From positions 67,332,001 through 67,396,000 of the forward strand of contig NC_059433.1 in NCBI RefSeq assembly GCF_021028975.2: a stretch of DNA of 64,000 nt. The letters are read 5' to 3'. Below, piece by piece: positions 23,534-36,674 of the stretch. The position numbers and the translations under genes were made by a program. The notes under the pieces are model-generated. The model did no database searches. It saw nothing but the letters and a program-made list of their open reading frames with translations, and had not been told where the DNA came from. Within the stretch, counting starts at the first letter, position 1. Each line of letters begins with the position of its first letter. This DNA comes from Sphaerodactylus townsendi (Eukaryota).

Positions 23534-26500
23534 AGAACCTCATGGAGTCCCGTGTCACTGAACAGAGGCCGGCAATGACTAACCATCTCTTATCTTGTCT
23601 CATTATGCACAAGGTGTCTGCAGCATGATGGGGGTGAATGTCTGTTACAGCAAGATTTTTTTTGTACAGACATAATCCCTCAAGCCCCCCTTTCACTTTC
23701 CATGCTCTCTGCAGCAAGCAAGGCCACTTGTAGCTTGATTACAATTTTGTTTGCCACCAGAGCGCGGCAGATTTGCCAGTGAGCACAGCTTTTCCCCAGA
23801 CTTCTTCTCTCCACCCACAGCCAGTCTGCCAAGCCTCACCCCTCCCACTACCACACAATGCTTTGCATGCCTTCCCCTTGCCCCCCTCCCTGTTTCCGAC
23901 TTCTTCCCGCTTTTTGTCCTGCTGTATTGTTTTTGTTACCTGTGACCTTCTCCTCCTATATATCTTTAGATCTTCTTTCATTCTTAATTTCTGATGTCGA
24001 TATATCAATATTTCTCCAAACATCTGGTGTGCCTGTTCATTGTCCACCATTGCTCTATTTCTTCTCGTTGATCAACAGACTATGACGGCTCCAGCCCTCC
24101 TAGTTCTAGACACAAGCAATCACTGATTTGGAACCGCACTGGCAAAAGGTTGCTGGTCTTGATGCTTGGTGTTTACACCACATCAGGAAAGGGATGATCA
24201 AAAGCCTAGGGAGCTTAGCAAAAGGCGTTCACGTTGCCCTTTTGTGGCTTTTTCACTGCCATTACTCCCCCCCGCCCCACTTCCCCACAAAGGAGACAGT
24301 CAGTGATCGGGCAACGTGTGCAGATGCCGTATTCAAGACTTTTCTGTAATAATTCTGCTTTTTTAAATCTAAAAATTAAATTACATTAGAAATTAAAGCA
24401 CACATACATGATACAGAACTCGCAAAAACAAGCAGAGATCGCAGAGATCACCCTCCCCTGGACAGAAGCAAAAAGCCAGCCAGTGGGCAGTGGCTGCCCC
24501 ACCACTAACACGGCAATAATGCTGAACATGCCCCAAACAAAGACTCCGGGCAAATTCTCTTTGGGGTCACAGGAAGCTCGCCATGCGTAATCGGCCCTTG
24601 AAAATCTTACGAGGTCACCTTGATTCAGCTGTGACTTGATGGCATTTTTACAACGAACTCGCATTAATTTGTTGGTAAGGTGATTTGCCATGAACCCGAG
24701 CACCCTTGCAAACATTTTGCTGTTTTGACTATTTTAAGTAATATCATGGAATTGCAAATGATGCCTCCCTGCTGATCTTTCCCCTTCTCCATCATTAAGC
24801 AGTGCTTTCACACTATTATTTCCATCCTCTTTAATGCATTAGTTTGCTGGTCTGTCATGAGCTCAGGCACCCTTGCATACATTCCCCTGTTTTGCATGAC
24901 TATTTTATACTGTGGAATCCCAATGCATGGCTTCCCTATGCTGGTTTTTGGCTTACAGACCTTCCTTCTTTTCTCCATAGAAGAAACTATTGCACCTCAC
25001 TTCCCCTCCTTTTCCCCTATAGGATCCTTCAGAAACATGTTAAGCAAGATTGTATAAATTAAAAGGATGCTCATATGTCCTTCTGTGTTGTTTGCAATGA
25101 TATTTTTCTTGATGGAAGGCAGGCAGGCAGGCAAGCAGGCAATGGAGATCTGCTCTGGGACGCCTTCAGAGATGAAGAAAGGAGGAAGGGGAGTAGGCAA
25201 ATATGGAAATGCAGGTCATTCTGTAACCCAAAATGCTGGGGTCTGCCCCTTTTAGAGTGGGGGGAATTAGCAAGGGCAGACCTTGCTATATGAGAGTTGG
25301 GCAACCAATATGAGATCTTTTCCACCAGGGTTTACGAAGGTAGGTTTCTGCAAGAAATCCACAGGAATCCAAAGGTTTAACAATTTTATTAGGAAAGGTA
25401 AAATAATAAATATACCAGCATAGAACTGATCACAGCACACAGTGAATTAACCTAGTCCTAGGATTTAGGAAGAAGTGAGGGTAAAAGTCTGGAATCAGTC
25501 AGAATTGGGAAGGGGAGAAAGGTAATAATTTTGATATGTATCAAAAGGCAAATGATAAAGTCTTGGAAAGGGGATGGATCGTACTTATTCCTCCTGCCTT
25601 GGCTACAAGAGCCGGTGTGGTGTAGCAGTTAAGTGCAGGTGGTCTCTAATCTGGAGAACTGGATTTGACTCACACTCCAGTACTTGAGCTGCAGTCTCTT
25701 GACTGGTGAACAAGATTTGTTTCCCCACTCCCCCACATGAAGCCTGCTGGGTGACCTTGGATAGTCACAGTTCTCTCAAATCTCTCTCAGCTCAACCTAC
25801 CTCACAGAGTTTCTGTTGAGGGGAGAGGTAGGGAAGGAGTTTATAAGCCATTTTGAGGCTCCTTATGGTTGAGAAAAGTGAGGTATCAATCCAAAAGTTT
25901 ATTCCTCTTCCTTGTCCAAGTAGACAATAAAAACTGGTGGCAGGGTTATTCATTTTCTCCACATACGCTCATTTTTAGTTTAAACTGAATTATACTCCCA
26001 TGCATACAAATATTATGCATGTTTTAATTGAGAAAATTTTGTATCTATGAGGGCTCATTCCTAAACTGTCCTATTTTGAAATCTGAAATTTCCTACTTAT
26101 TCTGCTTAAACTGTGTATTATGGATGAAGAAACGATTCAGTATGGTCTTTCTTTTTCTCTGTGTTCAAATTTATTGCCCAAAGCTTTGCCTTTTAAAAAA
26201 AAATTCCGCAGATTTGCTTGTGTTGTGAACATATATTGCCATTTACAGTTATGATGTATATCACTTATTCATATTCTTGTATGTAACTATGAGGGAAATA
26301 AACATGAGAAACATTGCAATAAGATAAAGAATCATGACTTCAGTTGTTACCGGGGTGAAGAGAAGTGAAACTGAAAAGAAGAAAACAGGGTTTAAAGCAG
26401 GGTGATGTCTTGGCAAGTAGCCAAAACAAAGGCCTTCTTAATGCTGCCAAAGTCCAGGAGGGCCTGGAGAGTTTGTGGAAAGACAAATGATCTCCCGGCT

Positions 26501-27160
26501 GCAGAGATGAGTTCCCCTGGAGAAAATAGCTGCTTTAGAAGAGGATGGACTCTATGGCATGATGCTTTGCTGGGCTGCCTTCCCCCCACCCTGAAATCCC
26601 ACCCTCCCAAGTTGCCATCCCAACTCTCCACAAACGTCTCTACCTGGAGCTGGCAACTCTACTATCCAACCTTTTTCAAGATTTATTTTCTATCCGACAG
26701 TTTGGACATTTTGTATGATAATGAAGTTGGAGATATCTGAGAATGGAAATGGAAAGGCAGATTTTTTAATGGAATAAAGAAATATGTTGCTCTGGATCCA
26801 GTCCCACTCGCCTTTTTGGGACAAAGACCCCACACTGAAAAGGTCTCCTCCTCCTTCCGTTGAAGACTATTTTGTCATCCACGATAAGTACATTTTCTCA
26901 TATGACATCCCCAAGCCAAGAGTGTGATTTCTGATACCCCTTGAGCTGAGCTTGGAGATACAACTTGAGCTGAGCTAGGAGGAACTTTCCTCTCACTGTT
27001 GGGACTGGTGAAATCTATCTGTAAGTCCACTGCCATTCCAGCATGAGTCACTGGCCAATTGCCATCTGCACAGCTACCTTCTGAAACTATCTTCATGAAA
27101 GGCAATGTAGTCAGCTGCATGGAGCAGAAACCCCAGATATCTGGCAGAGGGATCAGGGCC

Positions 27161-27457
27161 GGAATATGCTGCCACAGGAGGTGGTGATGGCCACTAACCT
27201 GGATCGCTTTAAAAGGGGCTTGGACAGATTTATGGAGAAGTCGATTTATGGCTACCAATCTTGATCCTCTTTGATCTGAGATTGCAAATGCCTTAGCAGA
27301 CCAGGTGCTCGGGAGCGGGAGCAGCAGCAGCAGGCCAATGCTTTCACGTCCTGCCTGTGAGCTCCCAAAGGCACCTGATGGGCCACTGCGAGTAGCAGAG
27401 AGCTGGACTAGATGGACTCTGGTCTGATCCAGCTGGCTTGTTCTTATGTTCTTATGT
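27161..27457 (+). mobile_element. CR1 3' fragment
   Basis: Matches the CR1 3' end, with tail. Confidence 0.9.
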
Positions 27458-28047
27458 GGGGCGGGGTTGAGGGGAACATGTGTCTTGATGGCAGACACGG
27501 GGTGGTGGCAGGAAGTGGGGTAGGCTCAGTTTCATGGAAGAGATGGGCTTGTTCTGCAGTGTGGTCTTCATTCACCTGATTAGGCTGGTCCTAGGAGGTG
27601 GGGTGAAGAAAGAGGGAGACTCCAGGCCTCAGAGAGAAGTCAAAACCTTTATTAAGGCAAAAGTTCTGGCTGTGGATTGGCAAGCAAAAAGGAGGGGGAG
27701 TTAAAGGCTCCTGAGGTGATGTTCAAAGATTTCAAGTTCTGTGCAGTAGGACACATTGACCCCCAGGTAACCTCACTTGACCTCACTAATCTCCCTCCTT
27801 CTCCTGTCCAAGGCACCCTCTGTTCTTTTATGGGCAGGATCTCCCAATTCCTTGTCATCACCTCCTTACTTCAAGGATTGCACGTTGACAGTGGTGGCCA
27901 CAATAGGCTTCGGGTATACAAGACCTTGATGGGTGGGACTTAGGACACATCCTAAATATAGGGAGAGAAGAGTTGTGGGCTTGGTGACCATTAATGGTTT
28001 AGAATGCCTGATGCGCCCCTCTTTCCCACCTCCTGGTCTTGTGCTCT

Positions 28048-28565
28048 TGTAACCTCAGCTTGTGGGTTCTGTGGGGCAGAACTTGGAATGAGTTTGCAAC
28101 AACGATTTTTAAAAACAAAATGGTTTACTTTCTTAACATATAACATATAGCATCAACATTTAACATCACACTTCAAGGTCCTGTTCAGGTTGCATTTCAA
28201 ATCCTTCTAGTTACAGTCTTCTGATATTGCCAAGTCCAGTTCTTCCTGCAAGTGGGTTGGCTCCTGAAGACTCCAAGGGCTTGATGAACAGGATTCAACA
28301 TGATGAAGGTTTCCAGGAGAACTCTCACCCATTACAAACATAAAAGAAACCCTGAAACAGTAAACGCCAACATTTACAACATAGCAACTTACCAGTAGTT
28401 CCCAACAACATTGCAGTTACCTTAACAAGATGTTAAGGGCTTATACAAACCAAGGTCCGAATCTGGTAGCCTTGTCTCCTCCAAACTACATGAGGTCTGC
28501 AGCCTCCTCCTGCTTTGGGTCTCCACCCCTTTCTGGGTCAACCCATTCTGAGCATGGGGGTTACA
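28048..28565 (-). mobile_element. Solo LTR
   Basis: TGTAACC...GGTTACA inverted ends, 4-bp TSD CTCT; second copy at 36675-37205. Confidence 0.9.
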
Positions 28566-29029
28566 CTCTGTTGAGGGGTTGCCAGCCCCTGAGCAGCCTG
28601 GAGTGGAGTGGAGAGGAATAGGACAGAGCCCCTCCACTTTGAAACTGGGGGCCATGTTACGCTTGTTCACGAGCAGACCTGCCCCATCCTGCAATAGGTT
28701 TGACCTTTCCCAAAGAGCCTGATTTCACACCTTTGGACAAGAATGAACAGCCTGTTTACACCCGCCTTTAACAGCCTTGCTCAGGTCATGCAATCAGTGG
28801 GGCGTGGCTTCCTTGATTGAGTCAATCCATTTCTATAGTGGATCTTCCACCTCTCCCACGGTCTGCAACATTTCCTAGCATTATTGTCTTTTCCAATGAC
28901 TAAAGCACAGTAGTTTCAATATAGTCATTGTAGCTTCTAGCAGCATAATTACTTGGGCTGTACTTTATTAGGATGAGAAGGAGTGTGAGGTGTGTTTCGT
29001 GTTTCCCATGTCAAAATTAGCTTTTCAAA

Positions 29030-29380
29030 ATGTCCAGAAAAAGACATGTTCCTTTAATGTTGTATGCAGACGATGCAGTGTTATTGTCCTTGTCCAGTAT
29101 TGGCCTTAAATGCCTAATGTATAGTTTTGCTAATTATTGCGAAGAGAACAGACTGGAAATTAACTATGCTAAAACTAAAGTTCTCATTTTTGCTAAGAGT
29201 TGGAAGCCCTCGTCCTGGTGAATTAAGGGCCACAAAATTGAGCAGGTCAAATATTTCCGATACCTTGGCATTTACTATAGGTATAATTTGTCATGGTCCT
29301 CACAGCGACTAGCAGTAACTACCTCGGCACATACCAATATGACAGCAATATATCGCTTTTTTTACAGTAAAGGCAAAAAA
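29030..29380 (+). mobile_element. Degraded LINE RT fragment (L2/CR1-clade-like)
   Basis: LYADDAVLLS, INYAKTKVLIF and KIEQVKYFRYLG, with an in-frame stop. Confidence 0.75.
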
Positions 29381-29789
29381 GACTAGGCTGAAAACCTTTC
29401 TCCTTGGTTGCGTTTTTATGTGTGCAGAGGGGCTAAGGGGAAATTCAAACATTGTAGACAGGTCAAATAATGTAAAATTACAATTATTCATTAACAGTTC
29501 TTAGACTGCAACATAGGCCCATGTCACACAAATACAAAGTTTTTCAGGACAATAAACAACTATTTGGGGGTGGAATTTCACACAGTCTTTCCATTTTATG
29601 TTTTTGTCCCCGACTGTTAAAGCTCTTTTTTGTTTTCTCCACCACTTGTGTCCACCATTTTCTAACCTCATCAACTTTTTTTGAACAGTTGTTGCCCTTT
29701 TGACAGATAATAGTGGGGTCAGTTGCTCCTCCTTATCACTTGCAAATTTGCTCTACTCACGAGAGCCATTCTAGCACCCAGAATCCTTA

Positions 29790-30058
29790 CATGACAAAGA
29801 GTTTCCTCCCTCTGAGAGTTAATCTGATGGCTGATACAAGAACCGCTCCATCAGCTGATGTGAGCAAACTGAAGAATAACTGCAAAGGGCAGTTAGCTTG
29901 AATCTCTTCACCATCTTGCAGTAACTTTGATGGGACAGTTGAAATGTGCTAGAAGTTTTCAAACTCTCCTACAATTTCATCTTGCCCCCTTGTCTAGCAG
30001 AAGACATCGGGCCCCGCATCCACAGTCTCTAAAGACAGCTCCCCACAATTATTCACAG
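29790..30058 (+). other. Putative non-coding upstream exon (copy 3)
   Basis: CACAG|GTGAGT donor; highly similar to 17630-17891. Confidence 0.5.
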
Positions 30059-30394
30059 GTGAGTGAAAACTGATCCATGGGGTGACATCATATCACAACA
30101 TTTGCTGAGCAGACTACGTTGGGGGAAGGGGGTTGTCCAGTCATCCACACTCAACCCCCAGCAAGCGGGGTACTCATTTCACCGACCTCATAAGGATGGA
30201 AGGCTGAGTCAACCTTGAGCCGGCCACCTGAATCCGACTTCTGTTGGGATCAAACTCAGGTTGTGAGCAGAGCTATCACTGGAGTATTGCAACTTACCTT
30301 TCTGTGTCATGGCGCTTGCACAGGAGTCTACCTTAACTTTACCTGTAAGTAAAAACTCTCAGTGGGGATGAGTTCAGTTTGAAGCTGGAAATGA

Positions 30395-30682
30395 GTGACG
30401 TAGTGGTTAAGAGCAGGTGCACTCTGATCTGGAGGAACCGGGTTTGATTCCCAGCTCTGCCGCTTGAGTTGTGGAGGCTTATCTGGGGAATTCAGATTAG
30501 CCTGCACACTCCCACACATGCCAGCTGGGTGACCTTGGGCTAGTCACAGTTTTCGGAGTTCTCTCAGCCCCACCCAACTCACAGGGTGTTTGTTGTGAGA
30601 GGGGAAGGGCAAGGAGATTGTAAGCCCCTTTGAGTCTCCTACAGGAGAGAAAGAGGGGATATAAATCCAAACTCTTCTTCTT
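30395..30682 (+). mobile_element. tRNA-derived SINE (Squam3-like)
   Basis: Consensus match. Confidence 0.85.
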
Positions 30683-30697
30683 TGTTTCAACGGGATA

Positions 30698-30885
30698 CGT
30701 TTTCTACCCCATGCATAATTTTATAGACTTCAATCATATCCCACCTCAGACGTCTCCTCTCCAAACGAAAGAGTCCCAAGCGCTGCAGCCTCTCCTCATA
30801 AGGAAGGTGCTCCAGTCCCTCAATCATCCTCGTTGCCCTTCTCTGCACTTTTCCTATCTCTTTGATATCCTTTTTGAGATTTGGT
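30698..30885 (-). mobile_element. Internal CR1 fragment lacking the 3' tail
   Basis: Reverse complement of ~5296-5482. Confidence 0.85.
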
Positions 30886-31620
30886 GAGTTTTAACGCGCA
30901 CATAAATGGTTAGTTTTAAAAATTAATATAAACCTATTCACCAAAACTCCATCTTAACCGTTGACATTACCCTGCCCTAGATATTGACGACAAAAGATTA
31001 TTTATTTTGGCTCTGATTTGGAGTGAAACATGTTTCTGAGTCTGAGACTGCATTTTTGGTTCTGGTCATCTCAGTCTGCTGGGTTCTTGGTGTGTTCTGA
31101 ATTCAGCTGAATCTGAAAGCTAATTGTGGTCAGAGCTCCAGAGATTAGATTTTATCCCAGTAGGTTAGAATTACCACATTGGCTGAGATCGAAGGCAACC
31201 TAGTCCTTTCTATCGGGGCATACCAGATATATTTGGAAGGCTTTGGAGAAGGGCATGATGGTGCCATTTCTCCTGCTAGTGACTGCTTGGTTTTACCCAT
31301 TTATGGATGAAGCAACTACAACCGTAGAAAGTAGAAGCAAACCCATAAAACCTGTACAGCGCGGTTCACTTTAAAATGGACTTTCTTCTCCTTGCCTTTT
31401 CTGTGATCTCATTGTTTTCTTGATTATGACATGTAGATATCATTCTCTCTTTTATGCATGTATACCTCAGTACTGATCTACGTAGTAGAACCTAACTAGA
31501 ACTACGTACGCTTGTATCAAGGACCTTTTTGTTTTTCCAAATAATGTACAATATAAATATTTTTTTTAATATATAGATCATGTCATGCTGTGGTTTTGTT
31601 CCCTTCCACTGAGTTTTTTT

Positions 31621-31922
31621 AGAAGAAGAAGAAGAGTTGGGATTTATATCCCCCCTTTCTCTCCTGCAGGAGACTCAAAGGGGCTTACAATCTCCTTGCC
31701 CTTCCCCCCTCACAACAAACACCCTGTGAGGTAGGTGGGGCTGAGAGAGCTCCGAGAAGCTGTGACTAGCCCAAGGTCACCCAGCTGGCGTGTGTGGGCG
31801 TGTACAGGCTAATCTGAATTCCCCAGATAAGCCTCCACAGCTCAGGCGACAGAGCTGGGAATCAAACCCGGTTCCTCCAGATTAGATACACGAGTTGTTA
31901 ACCTCCTACGCCACTGCTGCTC
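31621..31922 (-). mobile_element. tRNA-derived SINE (Squam3-like), young
   Basis: Near-consensus, (GAA)n tail. Confidence 0.9.
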
Positions 31923-32690
31923 CCTCTGATTTAAAAAATCATTACTGTACACCATTTTTATCTTTTATCCATTGTATGCAGCTTATATGCAAACTTGCAC
32001 ATGAATGAGTGTAAGAAATTAGGATGTTTAACAGCAACAGAAAATGGCATGAAAGTAAAAAATGCAGATTAGATGTACTCATTAATTTATTTTAAATCTT
32101 TTAAAGTCATTTTCCCCTTCACTTTAGGATCCCCAAGGTGGCAGATACATTCATTTCATTTCATTTCAACCTTTAATGGCACATAGGCAGATACATGAAA
32201 TACCAAGAAGACTTTGAAGGCATATAGATATGCACATGATATACTTAAAAAGAAAACATAAAATATAGACACATGAATAGGATTGAATGTCAGTAAGGAT
32301 CAGTGATCAGAAGTCAAACAAAACACAATTCTTTGCCCGTTGGCAGAAGACGACGACAGAAGGAGACAGACGAATCTGCCGGGGGAAGGAATTCCATTAT
32401 TTTTTGAAAAAGTTAGCTGACTCCAACCAATAGTTTTATTTTTGAAGCCTCTTCAAGCATCATGTATAGAGAAGAAGTCAATGAATATGTGAAAAAAAAT
32501 CAGTGTATATTACCAAACATATCACAGGGTCCTGATTAAAGGCAGAGTTCACTCTAAAAGAAGCCAAGTCAACATTTCGAGTGAAAAACATCCTATATAT
32601 AAAGAACACAACCTAGGCCTTTTCGCTTAAACTATTGATTGATTTAAAATTATTAGCTGCCTTTGTTCCTTCCAGAAATCAAGATGACTT

Positions 32691-32993
32691 AGAAGAAGAA
32701 GAAGAGTTTGGATTTATATTCCCCCTTTCTCTCCTGCAGGAGACTCAACGGGGCTGACAATCTCCTTGCCCTTCCCCCCTCACAACAAACACCCTGTGAG
32801 GTAGGTGGGGCTGAGAGAGCTCCGAGAAGCTGTGACTAGCCCAAGGTCACCCAGCTGGCGTGTGTGGGAGTGCACAGGCTAACCTGAATTCCCCAGATAA
32901 GCCTCCACAGCTCAGGCGGCAGAGCTGGGAATCAAACCCGGTTCCTCCAGATTAGATACACGAGCTCTTAACCTCCTGCGCCACTGCTGCTCC
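32691..32993 (-). mobile_element. tRNA-derived SINE (Squam3-like), young
   Basis: Near-identical to 31621-31922. Confidence 0.9.
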
Positions 32994-33288
32994 TATGCCA
33001 CCTACTTGTATAGATATGATTATTTCTTCAAAAAAAGGAAAAGTAGTATAATTCTTTTGGGAAAACACACATGAAAGTACACAAAAGATCATGATTAGGA
33101 CAGCCAATACCAAAAAAAATCATCATTCTAGATCCAACACAATCCATGCAAGTCATGGAGGTGAAACCAATAGACTGAAAACTGTTTTATTTGCTTGGCT
33201 CTATTACGGCAACTGATTCCAACATTTTCTGATTTCTCCTAGCAGGAGAGTTCGTTCAAGAAGAGGAAGGGGGAAAAAAAATCCAAAG

Positions 33289-33726
33289 ATGAGCATGATG
33301 AAAAAATTCAGTTTCGGATTTTGACAACCCAAATTTGATGACCGAGGTGATTCACTAGTCGAGAGTTACGTGGCGAATAACATTATTTTGTGCATCTTCT
33401 CTATTGTTATCTGCATTTTTGGACTCGTGGGAAACGGACTTTTCCTCTGGCTACTCGCCTTCAACATTAAAAGGAATGTTTTCACCACGTACTTCCGGAA
33501 CTTCAGCCTTGCTTCCTTTGGGTTCCTTTCAGTCTTAGTTTTTGTATATGTGTATCTATTTTTAAGCAATATTGATGTACACATTAATACTCAATATGTT
33601 GATGATCTCATTGCTCTGCTTCTCCTAACTACATGGAACAGTAGCCAGTTTATCCTGGCCATTATAAGCATTGACAGGTGTGTGTTTGTTCTTTACCCAA
33701 GCTGGTATCTACGCCATAGGTTTTGT
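33289..33726 (+). pseudogene. MAS-related GPCR pseudogene (TM1-TM3 only), paralog of 43844-44728
   Basis: Acceptor TAGCAG at ~33240-33245; ATG 33289 with in-frame TGA at codon 12; GLVGNG and SIDRC motifs, then replaced by CR1 sequence. Confidence 0.88.
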
Positions 33727-33898
33727 TCTCCTCCATAAATCTGTCCAAACCCTTTTTAAAGCTATCCAGGTGAGTGGCCATCACCACCTCCTGTGGCAGC
33801 ATATTCCAAACACCAATCACACGTTGTGTGAAGAAGTGTTTCCTTTTATTAGTCCTAATTCTTCCCCCCAGCATTTTCAATGAATGCCCCCTGGTTCT
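33727..33898 (-). mobile_element. Internal CR1 fragment disrupting the GPCR pseudogene
   Basis: Reverse complement of ~5522-5695, no tail. Confidence 0.9.
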
Positions 33899-34519
33899 AA
33901 TAAACGCTTGTGCAAAATGAATGCCCCCTGGTTCTAATAAACGCTTGTGCAAAATCTCTCAACCTCTGTCTCTCTCAGGGGTGTCATTTGCTTACACAGG
34001 GAAATTGGAGATAAATAATTGAGTACAATCAACTCTTTAGGAAACAACCTGCAGGCTCTCCATTACTGGGCAGCAAGCAGGAACATTCCCAGGATTACAA
34101 CTGTAGATCTTCTCGCCCTGGCCTTTCAAATGAAGTCTGTATACCCCCTTATCAGGTGTGAAAGGTTGCAGCCCATGAGAAGATGCTGAATAGAGCTAGT
34201 CCTTTTCCAGGCTGGGGTCATAGATGTGATCCCCTGAGCATGTGCCAAAATGCAAGTTCCAAAGGGCTGTTGGTCCTTGGCTCCAAGCTCATGGTTTGCA
34301 ACCAGTGGGAGCATTGTGAAAACACTGAAAGACAGTGCCGTATAGTGGTTGAAATGTTGAACTAGGATGTGGCGGGGGGAGGGCTCATTCCGCCACTCGC
34401 TGCTTGATGGGCCAATCACACACTCACAGCCTAGCCTAACCCACAGGGTTATGGTGAAGGTAAAATATAGGGCAGGAGAATGATGTAAGCTATTTTGAGT
34501 CCCTTTGGGGGATAAGGCA

Positions 34520-34870
34520 GAAGAAGAAGAAGAAGAAGAAGAAGAAGAAGAAGAAGAAGAAGAAGAAGAAGAAGAAGAAGAAGAAGAAGAAGAAGAAGAA
34601 GAAGAAGAAGAGTTTAGATTTATATCCCCCCTTTCTCTCCTGTAGGAGACTCAAAGGAGCTTACAATCTCCTTGCCCTTCCCCCCCTCACAACAAACACC
34701 CTGTGAGGTAGGTGGGGCTGAGAGAGCTCCGAGAAGCTGTGACTAGCCCAAGGTCCCCAGATAAGCCTCCACAGCTCAGGTGGCAGAGCGGGGAATCAAA
34801 CCCAGTTCCTCCAGATTAGATACACGAGCTCTTAACCTCCTACGCCACTGCTTAACCTCCTACGCCACTG
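34520..34870 (-). mobile_element. SINE with expanded (GAA)~30 tail
   Basis: Squam3-like body with an internal deletion; pure GAA array at ~34520-34611. Confidence 0.85.
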
Positions 34871-35092
34871 CATAAACAAAGTAAATACATAAATGAAGAA
34901 ACCTCAGATCTGAAGTAGGGAGCTCTTTGGACCGGGACCTGGTCAGATATGTTTGTCTGTGTGTCAGAGGGAGGAGTCTTGTTTCACTCTGGTGGGTTCT
35001 GCACAACATATGTATAATGGGTTGCAGTTGTGATAAAGGAGCCCATTTTCCTGGACCCATGTCTGCCCTTCACTCATTCAGGCAGTGACCTT

Positions 35093-35770
35093 TCCTTATA
35101 TAAAGCAGTGGTGCGACCGCACTTGGAGTCCTGTGTTCAGTTCTGGTTGCCACATCTCAAAAAGGATATTGAAGAGATAGAAAAAGTGCAGAGAAGGGCA
35201 ACGAGGATGATTGAGGGACTGGAGCACCTTCCTTATCAGGAGAGGCTGCAGCATTTGGGACTCTTTAGTTTGGAGAGGAGACGCCTGAGGGGGGATAGGA
35301 TTGAAGTCTATAAAATTATGCGTGGGGTAGAAAATGTTGACAGAGAGAAATTTTTCTCTCTTTCTCACAATACTAGAACCAGGGGGGCATCCATTGAAAA
35401 TGCTGGGGGGAAGAATTAGGACTAATCAAAGGAAACACTTCTTCACGCAACGTGTGATTGGTGTTTGGAATATGCTGCCACAGGAGGTGGTGATGGCCAC
35501 TAACCTGGAGAGCTTTAAAAGGGGCTTGGACAGATTCATGGAGGAGAAGTCGATCTATGGCTACCAATCTTGATCCTCCTTGATCTCAGATTGCAAATGC
35601 CTTAGCAGACCAGGTGCTCAGGAGCAGCAGCAGCAGAAGGCCATTGCTTTCACATCCTGCAGGTGAGCTCCCAAAGGCACCTGGTGGGCCACTGCGAGTA
35701 GCAGAGTGCTGGACTAGATGGACTCTGGTCTGATCCAGCAGGCTAGTTCTTATGTTGTCATATTCTTATG
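35093..35770 (+). mobile_element. 5'-truncated CR1
   Basis: RPHLE...ERRRLRGD...SIYGYQS, 3' UTR and tail. Confidence 0.95.
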
Positions 35771-36674
35771 ACTGGAGCCCATGGAAACAATCTCGGTTGC
35801 TTTCACTCCTTTGCACCGACACGCTTCTTTCCTTTTTTCTTTTTCCAGAAATACATACGTAGCTGCGCAGTCATGTTGATTGTCCCACAATCCGATCGGC
35901 TGCCCCTGCATGAAAGAAAACAAAAAGGGACCTCCCTGCGACGGCCTTGGTGTCCAGCAACACATCCTTACAACTGAATCGGTTTTGAGATCCTTCATGG
36001 CTTCCCGTCACTGATACTACGCAATAATTGAAGATCCATTACAGGATCTTCTGAGTTATTGGCTTATTACGATGAAAATCGGAAGGTGTATAAAATGCCT
36101 GCTTCACCAACCGGAGGCTAAGCGGGTGAGCACCGGAGAAAGGGTTTTTGACGTTGTGGAAAATCAAAAAATGATATGTGATAAAAAGGTATGCTGTGAA
36201 ATAATTTCCCTTTGATAGCAAAAATACGTAATCCAAGTTTTAAAAGATCAGTTTTCAAGCAACATAAAGAGTCAAACCGATGCCTTAGAGACTCTGCAAA
36301 TTTTCTAGGATATGCAGAGTGAGTTTCTCTTGAGATTCAATCCTTTCAGAACAATTTCTTCCACACTTAGGAATCTGCAAAAGCAGCTTGGGAGAGTAAT
36401 GGAGCGTTACCCATGGCTAACAGCCTCTCTTGCTAATGGATTGGAAGGAATATATGGCCTGTGCCCCACCCTTGCTGGTCTATATAAACTACTGCTCAGG
36501 CATTTTCTGCACTGCATTTGGCACTCCGTGCTAGCTGGACAAATTCACTGCAATCCCAAGAAGAAGTGACATCGGTGACCCTGAAGTTCTGAAGAAGAAC
36601 TGTAGGCTCCTTGTCTTCAATTGGGAAAAGTTTGGATCAGAAGAAGGTAGGCTACCCTCTGCATGAAATGCATG

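Noticed and set aside
31621-32993. tRNA genes
   Set aside because: The A/B boxes belong to tRNA-derived SINE heads; no cloverleaf
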